Assembly (NCBI GenBank): GCA_016839765.1
Contig: JAEOTP010000068.1
Span: 1-64,000 of the forward strand
Length of the DNA stretch: 64,000 nucleotides
DNA from: Promethearchaeota archaeon
Lineage (GTDB): Archaea > Asgardarchaeota > Lokiarchaeia > Sigyniarchaeales > SOKP01
Direction: 5' to 3'
Below the pieces are notes generated by a model, which had not been told where the DNA came from, searched no databases, and saw nothing but the letters and a program-made list of their open reading frames with translations. The first letter of the stretch is position 1. Every line of letters begins with the position of its first letter. Below, piece after piece: positions 37,475 to 46,318 of the stretch. Position numbers and translations under genes: made by a program.

Positions 37475-40400
37475 TTAATTTTCTTCTACATTTGTAGGAA
37501 CCTCTGATAAATCTAAAAGTCGCTTTGCTTCTTCTTCTAAATCAACACTAAATACATCCGTGATACCCGATTGTTGCATTGATACCCCATATATCCTGTC
37601 CGCATTTACAATATTCTCTTCTCTATGGCTTATAACCAAAAATTGGGCTTGCGTGGAAATCTCTTTTAGCAACATTGAAACTCTATGTGTGTTAGGACCA
37701 TCCAACTGAGCATCAATCTCGTCGAGAATATAAAACGGACTTGGCATAAATTCCTGAATCGCGAAGATAAACGAGAGGGCCACGAGTGTTTTTTCTCCAC
37801 CGCTTAGAATTTCTAAGCTTGATATTTTCTTACCTCTAGGTCTTGCTTCAATGCTAATACCTCCTTCAAATGGTTTATCGGGTCTATCTAATATCATTTT
37901 AGCTGAACCTCCGGGACTTAATTTCTGAAAAATTCTACTAAATTCTCTGTTAATTTCATGATACGCTTTCATAAAAGTCCTAGTTTTTTCTAATTCAATT
38001 TTTTCAATGGCATCTAAGATTGCTTTTCTTTCTCTTTGAATTGTCTGTCTACGCATATCTATCTCATCGAATCTTTCTTTAACTGTATCATATTGTTCAA
38101 TTGCTTTTAAGTTAACTGGTTCAAGAGCCTTCTTCTTACTATTAGCTTCATTAATATCTGTTTGTAGACCGGTTTCCGATAAATCAGCGGTTACTTGTGG
38201 CAAGGAACCATAATCCTTTGATCTATGGTACAGTGTTTCAATTTGATCTGTTGTCATGATTTTTTGGGATTCATAATTATTTAATTTGGAATTTTCCATT
38301 GAAAGATCAGATTTTAAGTTATTTACAATTTTTTGATACGATTTTTGCTTTTTCCAAGATTCGTCCTTTTGATTAATGTAATCATCAATTTCTTCTTGCT
38401 TTAAACGTTTCTTTTCATTTTCACTAGTTAAATTATCTTTTACTTTTTCAATATCTTCTACTAAAGATTTGATTTCTTTTTCAGTGTTTTTTATCTCTTC
38501 GTTAAGTGAAAATATTTTTTGTTCGCGCTCTTTATTTTTATTTAATTCATTTAGTTTTTTCTGAGATTTTTGTAGATCCTTATTAAATTTATTCAATTTA
38601 CTCTGAGTCTTTTTTTGGGCTTCAAGCTCCTTGTTTTTCTCTTCGCGAATATGATCAATTTCTTTTTGAACTTCATCTACTTTTTTTTGAATATTATCTA
38701 CTTGGGAATTGAATTCTTCAATATCTTTTTTACATACATCAATATTTTTATTGGCTTCGATATTTTCTTTTGTTAATTCTTCGATGGAATTTATCATCAT
38801 CATAATATTTTCTAGAGCTCTCAGTTGATCCATTTTTTCCTCTAATTTCTTGTTATAATCTTCAGTTTCCTTTCTTATTTTCTCAATATTTACCCAATAA
38901 TTCTCTTTTTCAGTTATTAATTTTTCAATATTTTTATCCAAATTAGATTGCTCCAAGTTTAAATTTTTAATATTTTCTTGATTTGTATTTATTATTTCTT
39001 TCTTTTCCTCTATGGATTTGTTCAATTCTTTAACACTATTTTCAATTTCTAAAACATTCTCAAATAAATTTTGAATACCTCGAAGATCTTGTAATTTTGA
39101 TTGTAATTCTTCTAATTCTTTCTGTTTTTCATCAATTTGTAATTTAATTGCTGAAGAATTATCCCAATATTCATTTTTAAGGTTTTTTAATTTTTCTATC
39201 TCAGCTTTGTAATCTTCTTTTTGCTTTTCATCAATCGAAGTAGTCCTTTTTCGAATTTCGTCATCAGATTGTAAATTTAGTTGATTTATTTCTGCTATTC
39301 TTTTATTAATTTCTTCAAGTCTTTGATTAAAAAGCACTAAATTATCTGAATCATTTTTCTTTTGTGTATAAAATTCAGTTAATTTCATATCAACTTTATT
39401 TAAATCTTCATTTTGTGAGCTGATATTTTCGGAAATTTCCTCCAATTGTCTATATAATTCTTGACTCTTAGACATTGTTAATTTTCTTAAGGAGAGATAT
39501 ACGTTTTCTAAGATTTCCATTAGATCTTGCACAAAACTATCAAAAGTAGATGTAGATTGTTGAATTTCAACATCTGCAGATTCTTTTACTCTACTAATTA
39601 ACTGATCTAATGTTAAATCAACATTTTCGGTGAATAAAGTTAAAGTTTGTAAAATTGAGCTGAGCATTTGGGACATCTCTGATTTTTCTTCTTCATCATC
39701 GGTGACCCCTTCAACAGTTTTCATTATATCTACAACATCCAATACAAATTTCTTGAAATCTTCCGCAGAAGTTTCAATAGCTTCTGCATTTGACTGTTGG
39801 ATGTTGCTTTTTATAGATTCGACGGATATATTAATATTTTGAGTCAACATATTTAAAATCTGGAGAATTCCTGTAATATCTTCAGTATTTCTTTCATATT
39901 CTTTTTCTGAGTTTTCAATTTTTGATAATAAATTTTCTTTTTCAGCTGCTAAGTCATCTAAACGTTTAGTGATATTTTGCTTTCGAGTTTCAAGATTTTT
40001 TCTCTCGCTTTCAATTTGAGAAAGATTTTTATTTAAACTACTAACTTTTAAATCTAAATCTCGTTTTTCACGCTCTAGGTTTGTTAATTCTCTTTTAGAT
40101 AGTTTTAATTTAGTGTTTATATTATCTATTTTTGCTCTATTATCAAATATTTCAGATTGGATTGAATCTTGCTTCAATATTAATAGTTCTAATTCTTGTT
40201 CATTTTTTCTGTACGTAGAATCTTCAATATTTGCTTTTTCCTTAAGATTGTCCAAATTTTTGATAAGAATTTCTCTATTATCCATTAATTCTTTTAAAAT
40301 TGATTCGGTTTCTTTTCCCTTGCTTAATTCTTTAATTTTATTTTCAATGGATAATTTTCTGCTGTTTAATTTTTGGATTCTATCATTATTCATTTTAATT

Positions 40401-41923
40401 TCAGTATTTATCGAGGATAAGCTAGACTGTAATTCTGCGGATTTTGAATTCAGCTGGTATTTTTGTTCTTGTAATTCCTTAATTTTCGTTTCTAATTCTT
40501 TTTGTTTTTGATTTTCTTTTGTGATATTTCCTTTTAATTCATTAATCTTTTTCCTTAAATCTGCTTCTTCTTTTCTTACTGCATTTATTGCCTCATCGAT
40601 ACTTTCTGCTTCTCCCTTTAATTTATTTAGATCAACTTCCAATTTCTGTTTCTTTTCTTCATTTTTTATGATATTTTCTTTAAAAATTTTAATTTGGGCT
40701 TTATTGGAAGAAATATTTTGCTTTAAGTTTGAAATATCAGTTTTATGAGATGATTTCACATCTTCACTTTCGCTTATTTTTAATTCGAGTTCTGTTTGAC
40801 TTTGTTGTTTTAGTTCAATATCTTTTTTTGCATCTTCAATTTGATTTTCTAATTCAAGGATTTGATTATTTTCATTTTCAATTAACGCGTCAAACGTCAG
40901 ACCCTCTTCAAGCTTCATTAGTAAATTTTCTAAACTTTTTATTTCTTGAGATAACTTCTCAATTGATTTATGAGCTAATTCCAATGTAGTTTGATTAGAG
41001 GATAACTGAGTTTTCAATTGGGTTATATTTTCATTTATTATCTCTCGATCTTTTTCTTTTTCTGTAATTGTCTTCTGTATATTATCCATTACTAAAGATT
41101 CTTGCTTTAAAACCTCTTCTTGTCTTGTTACTTTTTCTTGTAATTCCTCAATTAGTTTATTTGATTCTTCAACTTTTTTTTCCAAAACCTCTTCTTGATC
41201 TCTTAATTTTGAAATTCTTAACGCAATTAATTGTGCGTTATAAAATTTGATTTTTTCATCCAATTCTTTCCAAGCTAAAGCATCGCTTTTCTCTTTTTCT
41301 ACTTTTTTAAGTTGTGAAGATACTTCTTTAAAAATTGCTTCAAATTGCCCTAAATCTCTCTCTGCTTTTTCTAATTCTTTTAAAGTAGAATCCTTCATCT
41401 CATCGTATTTCTGTAATCCAATTAGTTCCTCAATAAAAATTCTACGTCCTTCGGTATTCATGTGAGTCAATTCTACTATTTTACCTTGTAATACAAACTG
41501 ATTAGATCCGTCTGGATCTACATTTGCAGTCGCCAGAGCATTAAGAATTTGTTGTCGTGTAACTTTTTTCCCGTTCATTTTGTATCCTCCTCCACCACCC
41601 CGTTTTATAGTTCGAGTTATTTGAAATTCATCCCCTCCTCCAGGAAATATCTTCTCTGAATTATCAAAAAACATAGTTACTGCTGCTCTTTGTGATGGGT
41701 TTTTGCCTCTAGAACCTGCAAAAATAAGGTCCTCAAGACTTTTTGCTCTCATTGTTTTTTTACTTAATCTTCCTAAAGCAAAACATAAAGCATCAATAAT
41801 ATTTGATTTTCCTGCACCGTTAGGTCCTACTATACAAGTAAATCCACTTGAAAGTCGAATAGTCACTGTTCTATCTCCAAATGACTTAAATCCAGTCATG
41901 GAAATTTTTTTGATATAAGTCAA
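37475..41923 (-). CDS. smc: Chromosome segregation protein Smc, elongated, non-canonical apex
   Basis: GFKSFG, Walker A GPNGAGKSNI, Q-loop VLQG, PVNLKAIEQY, signature LSGGEK, Walker B LDEIDAQLD and ISH. TTG start after GGAG. Confidence 0.95.
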   Translation of the reverse strand: MTYIKKISMTGFKSFGDRTVTIRLSSGFTCIVGPNGAGKSNIIDALCFALGRLSKKTMRAKSLEDLIFAGSRGKNPSQRAAVTMFFDNSEKIFPGGGDEFQITRTIKRGGGGGYKMNGKKVTRQQILNALATANVDPDGSNQFVLQGKIVELTHMNTEGRRIFIEELIGLQKYDEMKDSTLKELEKAERDLGQFEAIFKEVSSQLKKVEKEKSDALAWKELDEKIKFYNAQLIALRISKLRDQEEVLEKKVEESNKLIEELQEKVTRQEEVLKQESLVMDNIQKTITEKEKDREIINENITQLKTQLSSNQTTLELAHKSIEKLSQEIKSLENLLMKLEEGLTFDALIENENNQILELENQIEDAKKDIELKQQSQTELELKISESEDVKSSHKTDISNLKQNISSNKAQIKIFKENIIKNEEKKQKLEVDLNKLKGEAESIDEAINAVRKEEADLRKKINELKGNITKENQKQKELETKIKELQEQKYQLNSKSAELQSSLSSINTEIKMNNDRIQKLNSRKLSIENKIKELSKGKETESILKELMDNREILIKNLDNLKEKANIEDSTYRKNEQELELLILKQDSIQSEIFDNRAKIDNINTKLKLSKRELTNLEREKRDLDLKVSSLNKNLSQIESERKNLETRKQNITKRLDDLAAEKENLLSKIENSEKEYERNTEDITGILQILNMLTQNINISVESIKSNIQQSNAEAIETSAEDFKKFVLDVVDIMKTVEGVTDDEEEKSEMSQMLSSILQTLTLFTENVDLTLDQLISRVKESADVEIQQSTSTFDSFVQDLMEILENVYLSLRKLTMSKSQELYRQLEEISENISSQNEDLNKVDMKLTEFYTQKKNDSDNLVLFNQRLEEINKRIAEINQLNLQSDDEIRKRTTSIDEKQKEDYKAEIEKLKNLKNEYWDNSSAIKLQIDEKQKELEELQSKLQDLRGIQNLFENVLEIENSVKELNKSIEEKKEIINTNQENIKNLNLEQSNLDKNIEKLITEKENYWVNIEKIRKETEDYNKKLEEKMDQLRALENIMMMINSIEELTKENIEANKNIDVCKKDIEEFNSQVDNIQKKVDEVQKEIDHIREEKNKELEAQKKTQSKLNKFNKDLQKSQKKLNELNKNKEREQKIFSLNEEIKNTEKEIKSLVEDIEKVKDNLTSENEKKRLKQEEIDDYINQKDESWKKQKSYQKIVNNLKSDLSMENSKLNNYESQKIMTTDQIETLYHRSKDYGSLPQVTADLSETGLQTDINEANSKKKALEPVNLKAIEQYDTVKERFDEIDMRRQTIQRERKAILDAIEKIELEKTRTFMKAYHEINREFSRIFQKLSPGGSAKMILDRPDKPFEGGISIEARPRGKKISSLEILSGGEKTLVALSFIFAIQEFMPSPFYILDEIDAQLDGPNTHRVSMLLKEISTQAQFLVISHREENIVNADRIYGVSMQQSGITDVFSVDLEEEAKRLLDLSEVPTNVEEN

Positions 41924-42093
41924 AATATTAACTCCATTTCATTAGTTATTTAGAATAAAGAATAAACATATCTATATATATACTCTTCATTCAAATAGAA
42001 AAGATTTTGCATTTTACTTAAAATTAGTTATAATTAGAATTATCCAAATTAAACATTTGGATATATCCACAAAGATAAAAATTTTTTTAGTCC

Positions 42094-43287
42094 TTAAAAT
42101 TTATTAAATATTGCATCTGCAATAGCTTTAAGTTGTTTTGGATTTATTGCCATAAAATAGAATTTATAATTTAATAAATTTTTTTGATCAGATTTTAATA
42201 AGGTTTGATCACTTCTTTTTGAGAAACTCAAAACTCCGATACTATGTAATGCTTTAATTAATTCATAAAATTCATCCATTCTTTTATTATATTCTAATGA
42301 TTCACAAGATATATAATATAATTCCTTTAGTTCATCTATTGTTATATAATAATTAGGTCTTTTTAAAAAGAAATTCGCTAAGTTATCAAGAAAGATTAGA
42401 GTTAATATATCTTCTTCAGAAATATAAGTTAACATGGCAAACTCATCTGATAGGTGAATTGAATCAAATTGATTTTGAAGTATTTCAATAATCTCCAGAT
42501 TATTTATAACATTTTGATGAGCTAATATTGGATATAGTTCTCTTAATATCTCAACCCCTTTTCCCGGTACAGGAACATAATGTTCAAAAATCAAATCGCT
42601 TATAAATTCAATTAATTCTTTATCAATTCCATTGATGAAGGTTAAAGCAACTCGTTGTTCAATAATATCAAGAAGTTCATGGTAATTGTAATAGCTTAAT
42701 TTTTTTTTAAGATCAAATTTATTGATTAAATCTAGAGTTTCAGGTTTCAATACTTTATTTACAGTTGAAATTGAACTAATTTTTGATTCTTTTCCATATT
42801 GTAAGAATTTCTTATAATATTCTGGTTTTAAATGCTCAATATTGTTGAAAACAAGGATCAAATTATTTCTAGTTTTGTTACAGATTAGTTTGAAAATATT
42901 CCATAATTCAGATAAATTACAATTGAGGAATTGAAGATAATCAACTTTGATATTAGTAAAACTACTAATATCAGTTATAATGGAGAAAACAATTTCATTA
43001 ATGCTTTTTTCTTTACAATCTATTGGAATTTTTATGAAACCTATAAAATCTTCTTCCGTTTTAATTAGATCTTGTATAACTTTATTAATAATTACTTTTT
43101 TACCAATTCCTTGGATACCTTGATATAATACGTTTAAATTAAACTCATCTGAAACTGAATCTTTCAGAATTGAATACAAGTTGACTTCTTCTTTCTTCCT
43201 ATGTAAAATCTCAGGGGGAACATAATTAGGATCAAAAATAGCTTTTGGTCCAATACAAAAATTCATAGATTTTGATTTTCCAATCAT
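42094..43287 (-). CDS. Orc1/Cdc6-family AAA+ paralog with degenerate ATPase motifs
   Basis: FDPNYVPPEILHR is a Cdc6 N-terminal signature; GIQGIGKK, LILVFNNIE, YNYHELLDIIEQRV and a C-terminal wH. Confidence 0.85.
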   Translation of the reverse strand: MIGKSKSMNFCIGPKAIFDPNYVPPEILHRKKEEVNLYSILKDSVSDEFNLNVLYQGIQGIGKKVIINKVIQDLIKTEEDFIGFIKIPIDCKEKSINEIVFSIITDISSFTNIKVDYLQFLNCNLSELWNIFKLICNKTRNNLILVFNNIEHLKPEYYKKFLQYGKESKISSISTVNKVLKPETLDLINKFDLKKKLSYYNYHELLDIIEQRVALTFINGIDKELIEFISDLIFEHYVPVPGKGVEILRELYPILAHQNVINNLEIIEILQNQFDSIHLSDEFAMLTYISEEDILTLIFLDNLANFFLKRPNYYITIDELKELYYISCESLEYNKRMDEFYELIKALHSIGVLSFSKRSDQTLLKSDQKNLLNYKFYFMAINPKQLKAIADAIFNKF

Positions 43288-43334
43288 TTTTTTTATTTTA
43301 GTTTTTGTTTTATATTCTAATAATTTATATTTAA

Positions 43335-43354
43335 ACCCCCCCAGAGAGAGGGGT
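43335..43354 (-). promoter_or_regulatory. G-string/short palindrome abutting the TATA-like box upstream of the cdc6 paralog
   Basis: Minus strand reads ACCCCTCTCTCTGGGGGGGT-TTAAATATAAA, a GC island in very AT-rich intergenic DNA. Confidence 0.4.
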
Positions 43355-43397
43355 CATAAGAAGTAAAAATAAAGATCTAAATTATTAAAACTGAAGA

Positions 43398-43423
43398 ATT
43401 CAGAGTCAGATTCAGAGTCAGAT
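43398..43423. repeat. 12-bp tandem duplication (ATTCAGAGTCAG x2)
   Basis: ATTCAGAGTCAG ATTCAGAGTCAG AT, just downstream of the nitrilase stop. Confidence 0.8.
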
Positions 43424-43425
43424 AA

Positions 43426-44238
43426 CTAAATTTTTTTTACATTGATCTTATTTTTTTCTTTAATTTCTTTAAATCTTAATTTTCTAATTTTACTTGGAAA
43501 GCTTAAATCAATATTATCATAAAGAAATCCATTTGAATTAAAAGGACCTTCTGTAATTTTTAATTTTGATGGTGAAATATGACCCTTAATGAATGAAATA
43601 ATCTTACTATTTCCAGGAAACTTTCTTTTAAAAAAATATCCAAAAGTATTACACCCCACTACAGGTATTCTGTTTTCAAGTGCACGCGCTTTTAAATAAG
43701 TCTCCCAATTCTCCATCCCTTCTTCTCTTATTTGCGTTGGAGAGAATAGAATATCTGCGCCATATTCAGCAGCTAATCTTGGAGTCTCAAAAAAAGCCAT
43801 ATCAAAACATATTAAAATTGAAAAATTATTGGAGTTAAGTTTAAAAATTTTCAATTCTTGGCTCGATTCAAATTGCTCTTTTTCATATGAATAAAGATGA
43901 ATCTTATCTTGGCGACCGATTTCTTCTCCACGATTATTAAAATAATAACTTGTGATTGCAGGTTTAAAATTTTTCTTTCTTTTTTCCCAAATTGCTCCAG
44001 AAATAATATTAATACTATATTCATACGCAAGTTTCTTAATAAATAAAAAGTCTGAACCTCTTTCCTCTTGAAAATTATTAGAAAAATTTAATTCAAAAGG
44101 AACCCAACGCTCTGGTAAACAAACAATATCAAGTTTTTGACGGTTTTCTATCAATTTTTTCAATAAAGTTTCCACTTCAAAATAGCATTTTTCTCTATTT
44201 TGAAGAACCTTTGGCTGAATACAAGCAACATTAATCAT
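43426..44238 (-). CDS. Carbon-nitrogen hydrolase (nitrilase/amidase family)
   Basis: Catalytic triad E (CLPE), K (DKIHLY), C (ICFD); ARALEN. Confidence 0.92.
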   Translation of the reverse strand: MINVACIQPKVLQNREKCYFEVETLLKKLIENRQKLDIVCLPERWVPFELNFSNNFQEERGSDFLFIKKLAYEYSINIISGAIWEKRKKNFKPAITSYYFNNRGEEIGRQDKIHLYSYEKEQFESSQELKIFKLNSNNFSILICFDMAFFETPRLAAEYGADILFSPTQIREEGMENWETYLKARALENRIPVVGCNTFGYFFKRKFPGNSKIISFIKGHISPSKLKITEGPFNSNGFLYDNIDLSFPSKIRKLRFKEIKEKNKINVKKI

Positions 44239-44246
44239 ATCGATTA

Positions 44247-44993
44247 TTATAAAGGATTATGTTTATTAATTTCTTCAATAATTGGAAGTATTTGATTTAA
44301 GTTTGTTATTTCATAATCAGGTTTAAATTCAACTGATATTTTTTGACCGGTTTTATATGTATCATATTTCCCACCTCGATGTATATAAATGCTATGAATG
44401 TTATTTAACTTAGCTGGAACGATATCCTTGTAAATATTATCGCCAACATAAATCGTGTCCTTTCCATTAACTCCAAATTTTTTTAAAAAAAAAGAAAACA
44501 GCTTCGGATTTGGTTTTCGTATTCCAATTTCATCTGAAATTACGACTAAATCAATCTTATCTTCAATATTTAATCTCAAAATCTTTTCATATTGTTTTAT
44601 TGGAATACCATCAGTAATAATAGCAGTTTTTATAGATAAATTTTTTAATTTCTTTAAACAGGGCATTACATCATCATATAATTTAATATATTTTATTTTT
44701 TGAGCATGATAGGCCATGACAGCCGCTGCGATATATTTATATTGTTCAATAAAAGAAATTGAAAGCTTTTCTATTTCATTCAATCTTCTAATGAAATAAT
44801 CATAGTGTCTAGATGAATTCGAACCATATTCTTCTACAATTTCTTTTATTAAAAGGATTGCTTTCTCGCGATCTATATCTAACCCCAAATTTATCATCGC
44901 ATCTATTCCTTTTATTCTAGCTTTTTCAGAAAGTCCCGTTGAATCAAAGAGACAATCATCCAAGTCAAAACCTACTAATTTAATAGCACACAT
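44247..44993 (-). CDS. HAD-superfamily hydrolase (subfamily IA)
   Basis: FDLDDCL, ITDG, KPNP and YVGDNIYKD. Confidence 0.93.
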   Translation of the reverse strand: MCAIKLVGFDLDDCLFDSTGLSEKARIKGIDAMINLGLDIDREKAILLIKEIVEEYGSNSSRHYDYFIRRLNEIEKLSISFIEQYKYIAAAVMAYHAQKIKYIKLYDDVMPCLKKLKNLSIKTAIITDGIPIKQYEKILRLNIEDKIDLVVISDEIGIRKPNPKLFSFFLKKFGVNGKDTIYVGDNIYKDIVPAKLNNIHSIYIHRGGKYDTYKTGQKISVEFKPDYEITNLNQILPIIEEINKHNPL

Positions 44994-45122
44994 GATTGTT
45001 AGTTTAATAATAACTCTATTGATATTTATTAATATAATTATAATTAATAGATGTTAAACCAAAGATAAATTTATTATTCCTTTAAATATTAAAAAAAAAA
45101 ATAACAAAAACAAAATTAATTT

Positions 45123-45959
45123 TTACATTTTAGCATATTTAGGTTTTGTAATGAAACCAAGGAATATCACAAAATTTACGATAATTGTAACAACTTCAGC
45201 TATAACAATCATAGATGGGTTCTCTAAGGCAATTGAAGTTATAATTGATCTTATTAAACTACTAGCAATTAGGCAAAGAAAAGCAATACCAATTAATAAT
45301 GCATTTGCTTGAGATAATCTTTTATTCTTATACATAAAGAAAAACATAATTGCTAACAATAAATAAATCCCTATAGTAAAATAAGGAAGGGCAAAAATAA
45401 GAGCACTCAATGTTGGGGCAATTATTATAATAAACAACATTATTGATAAATAGATACCAATAATCCCCAATCTTATCTTATTAAACTGTGATTTATTTAC
45501 ATTTTTTACATAAGCACTTACAAGAGCCAATGTTGTTTCTAATCCAATATAAAGAACAGGTATGATATTTATGGTCACGATAAGATATCTAATTTTAGTT
45601 ATGAGCAACACGAATTCAGCAGTAGCATTTTCACTAACAACAATTAAATTGTTATATATATCATAAATCTTCCCAACTATTAAAACTGAGAAAAATAAAG
45701 CAAATAAAAAATAGGCATCTGAAGTATATATTGTCTCTTGTTTAAACCACTTAGCAAAGAGAATAGAACTCATTATTACTAAAATAATTATCCTAATAAT
45801 CCCAGATATAACCGCAAGCCATGCACCCTCAACTAGATTTAATACAATTACCAATTCATTCCAAGAAAAAGCAAATAATAGGCCAAATCCAGATCCTATA
45901 AAAAAACCTGCTATAGCTAAATAAGATTTAAATCTTTTTTTCTTTTCCATTTTATTCAC
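45123..45959 (-). CDS. Polytopic membrane protein (~7-8 TM), unknown function
   Basis: Regular hydrophobic segments across the whole length. Confidence 0.8.
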   Translation of the reverse strand: MNKMEKKKRFKSYLAIAGFFIGSGFGLLFAFSWNELVIVLNLVEGAWLAVISGIIRIIILVIMSSILFAKWFKQETIYTSDAYFLFALFFSVLIVGKIYDIYNNLIVVSENATAEFVLLITKIRYLIVTINIIPVLYIGLETTLALVSAYVKNVNKSQFNKIRLGIIGIYLSIMLFIIIIAPTLSALIFALPYFTIGIYLLLAIMFFFMYKNKRLSQANALLIGIAFLCLIASSLIRSIITSIALENPSMIVIAEVVTIIVNFVIFLGFITKPKYAKM

Positions 45960-46318
45960 TATTATAGAATGGTTATTATGAATTCACTAAGAATTCATAA
46001 AGATATTTATTATAAAACTATAAAAAGCCAGATATTTTTAATAACGATTTTAAAAGTTAGGAGATAAATGTTTTTTATACAAACATTTTTATCTAAATTG
46101 CCTTATTGCGTTAAAGAGGATAAATACTGATGAATGATCACCAAGTAAGATTAATATATTAAATCTATTATATACCTACATGAGAAATAATTTTAAATAA
46201 AAGTAAGGAAAAATTTTTAAATTAAATAAATCTTAATTATTAATTTATTCTTTATTATACTATTAAAAAATTAATATTATACATTATTGAGATAAAAACT
46301 TTTATGGAGTAATAATAA

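Noticed and set aside
43398-43423. CRISPR-like repeat
   Set aside because: Just two adjacent 12-bp copies without spacers, and no cas genes in the window.
43288-43425. Replication origin beside the cdc6 paralog
   Set aside because: Only ~140 bp, with a single G-string and no repeated ORB cores; kept only as a possible operator.
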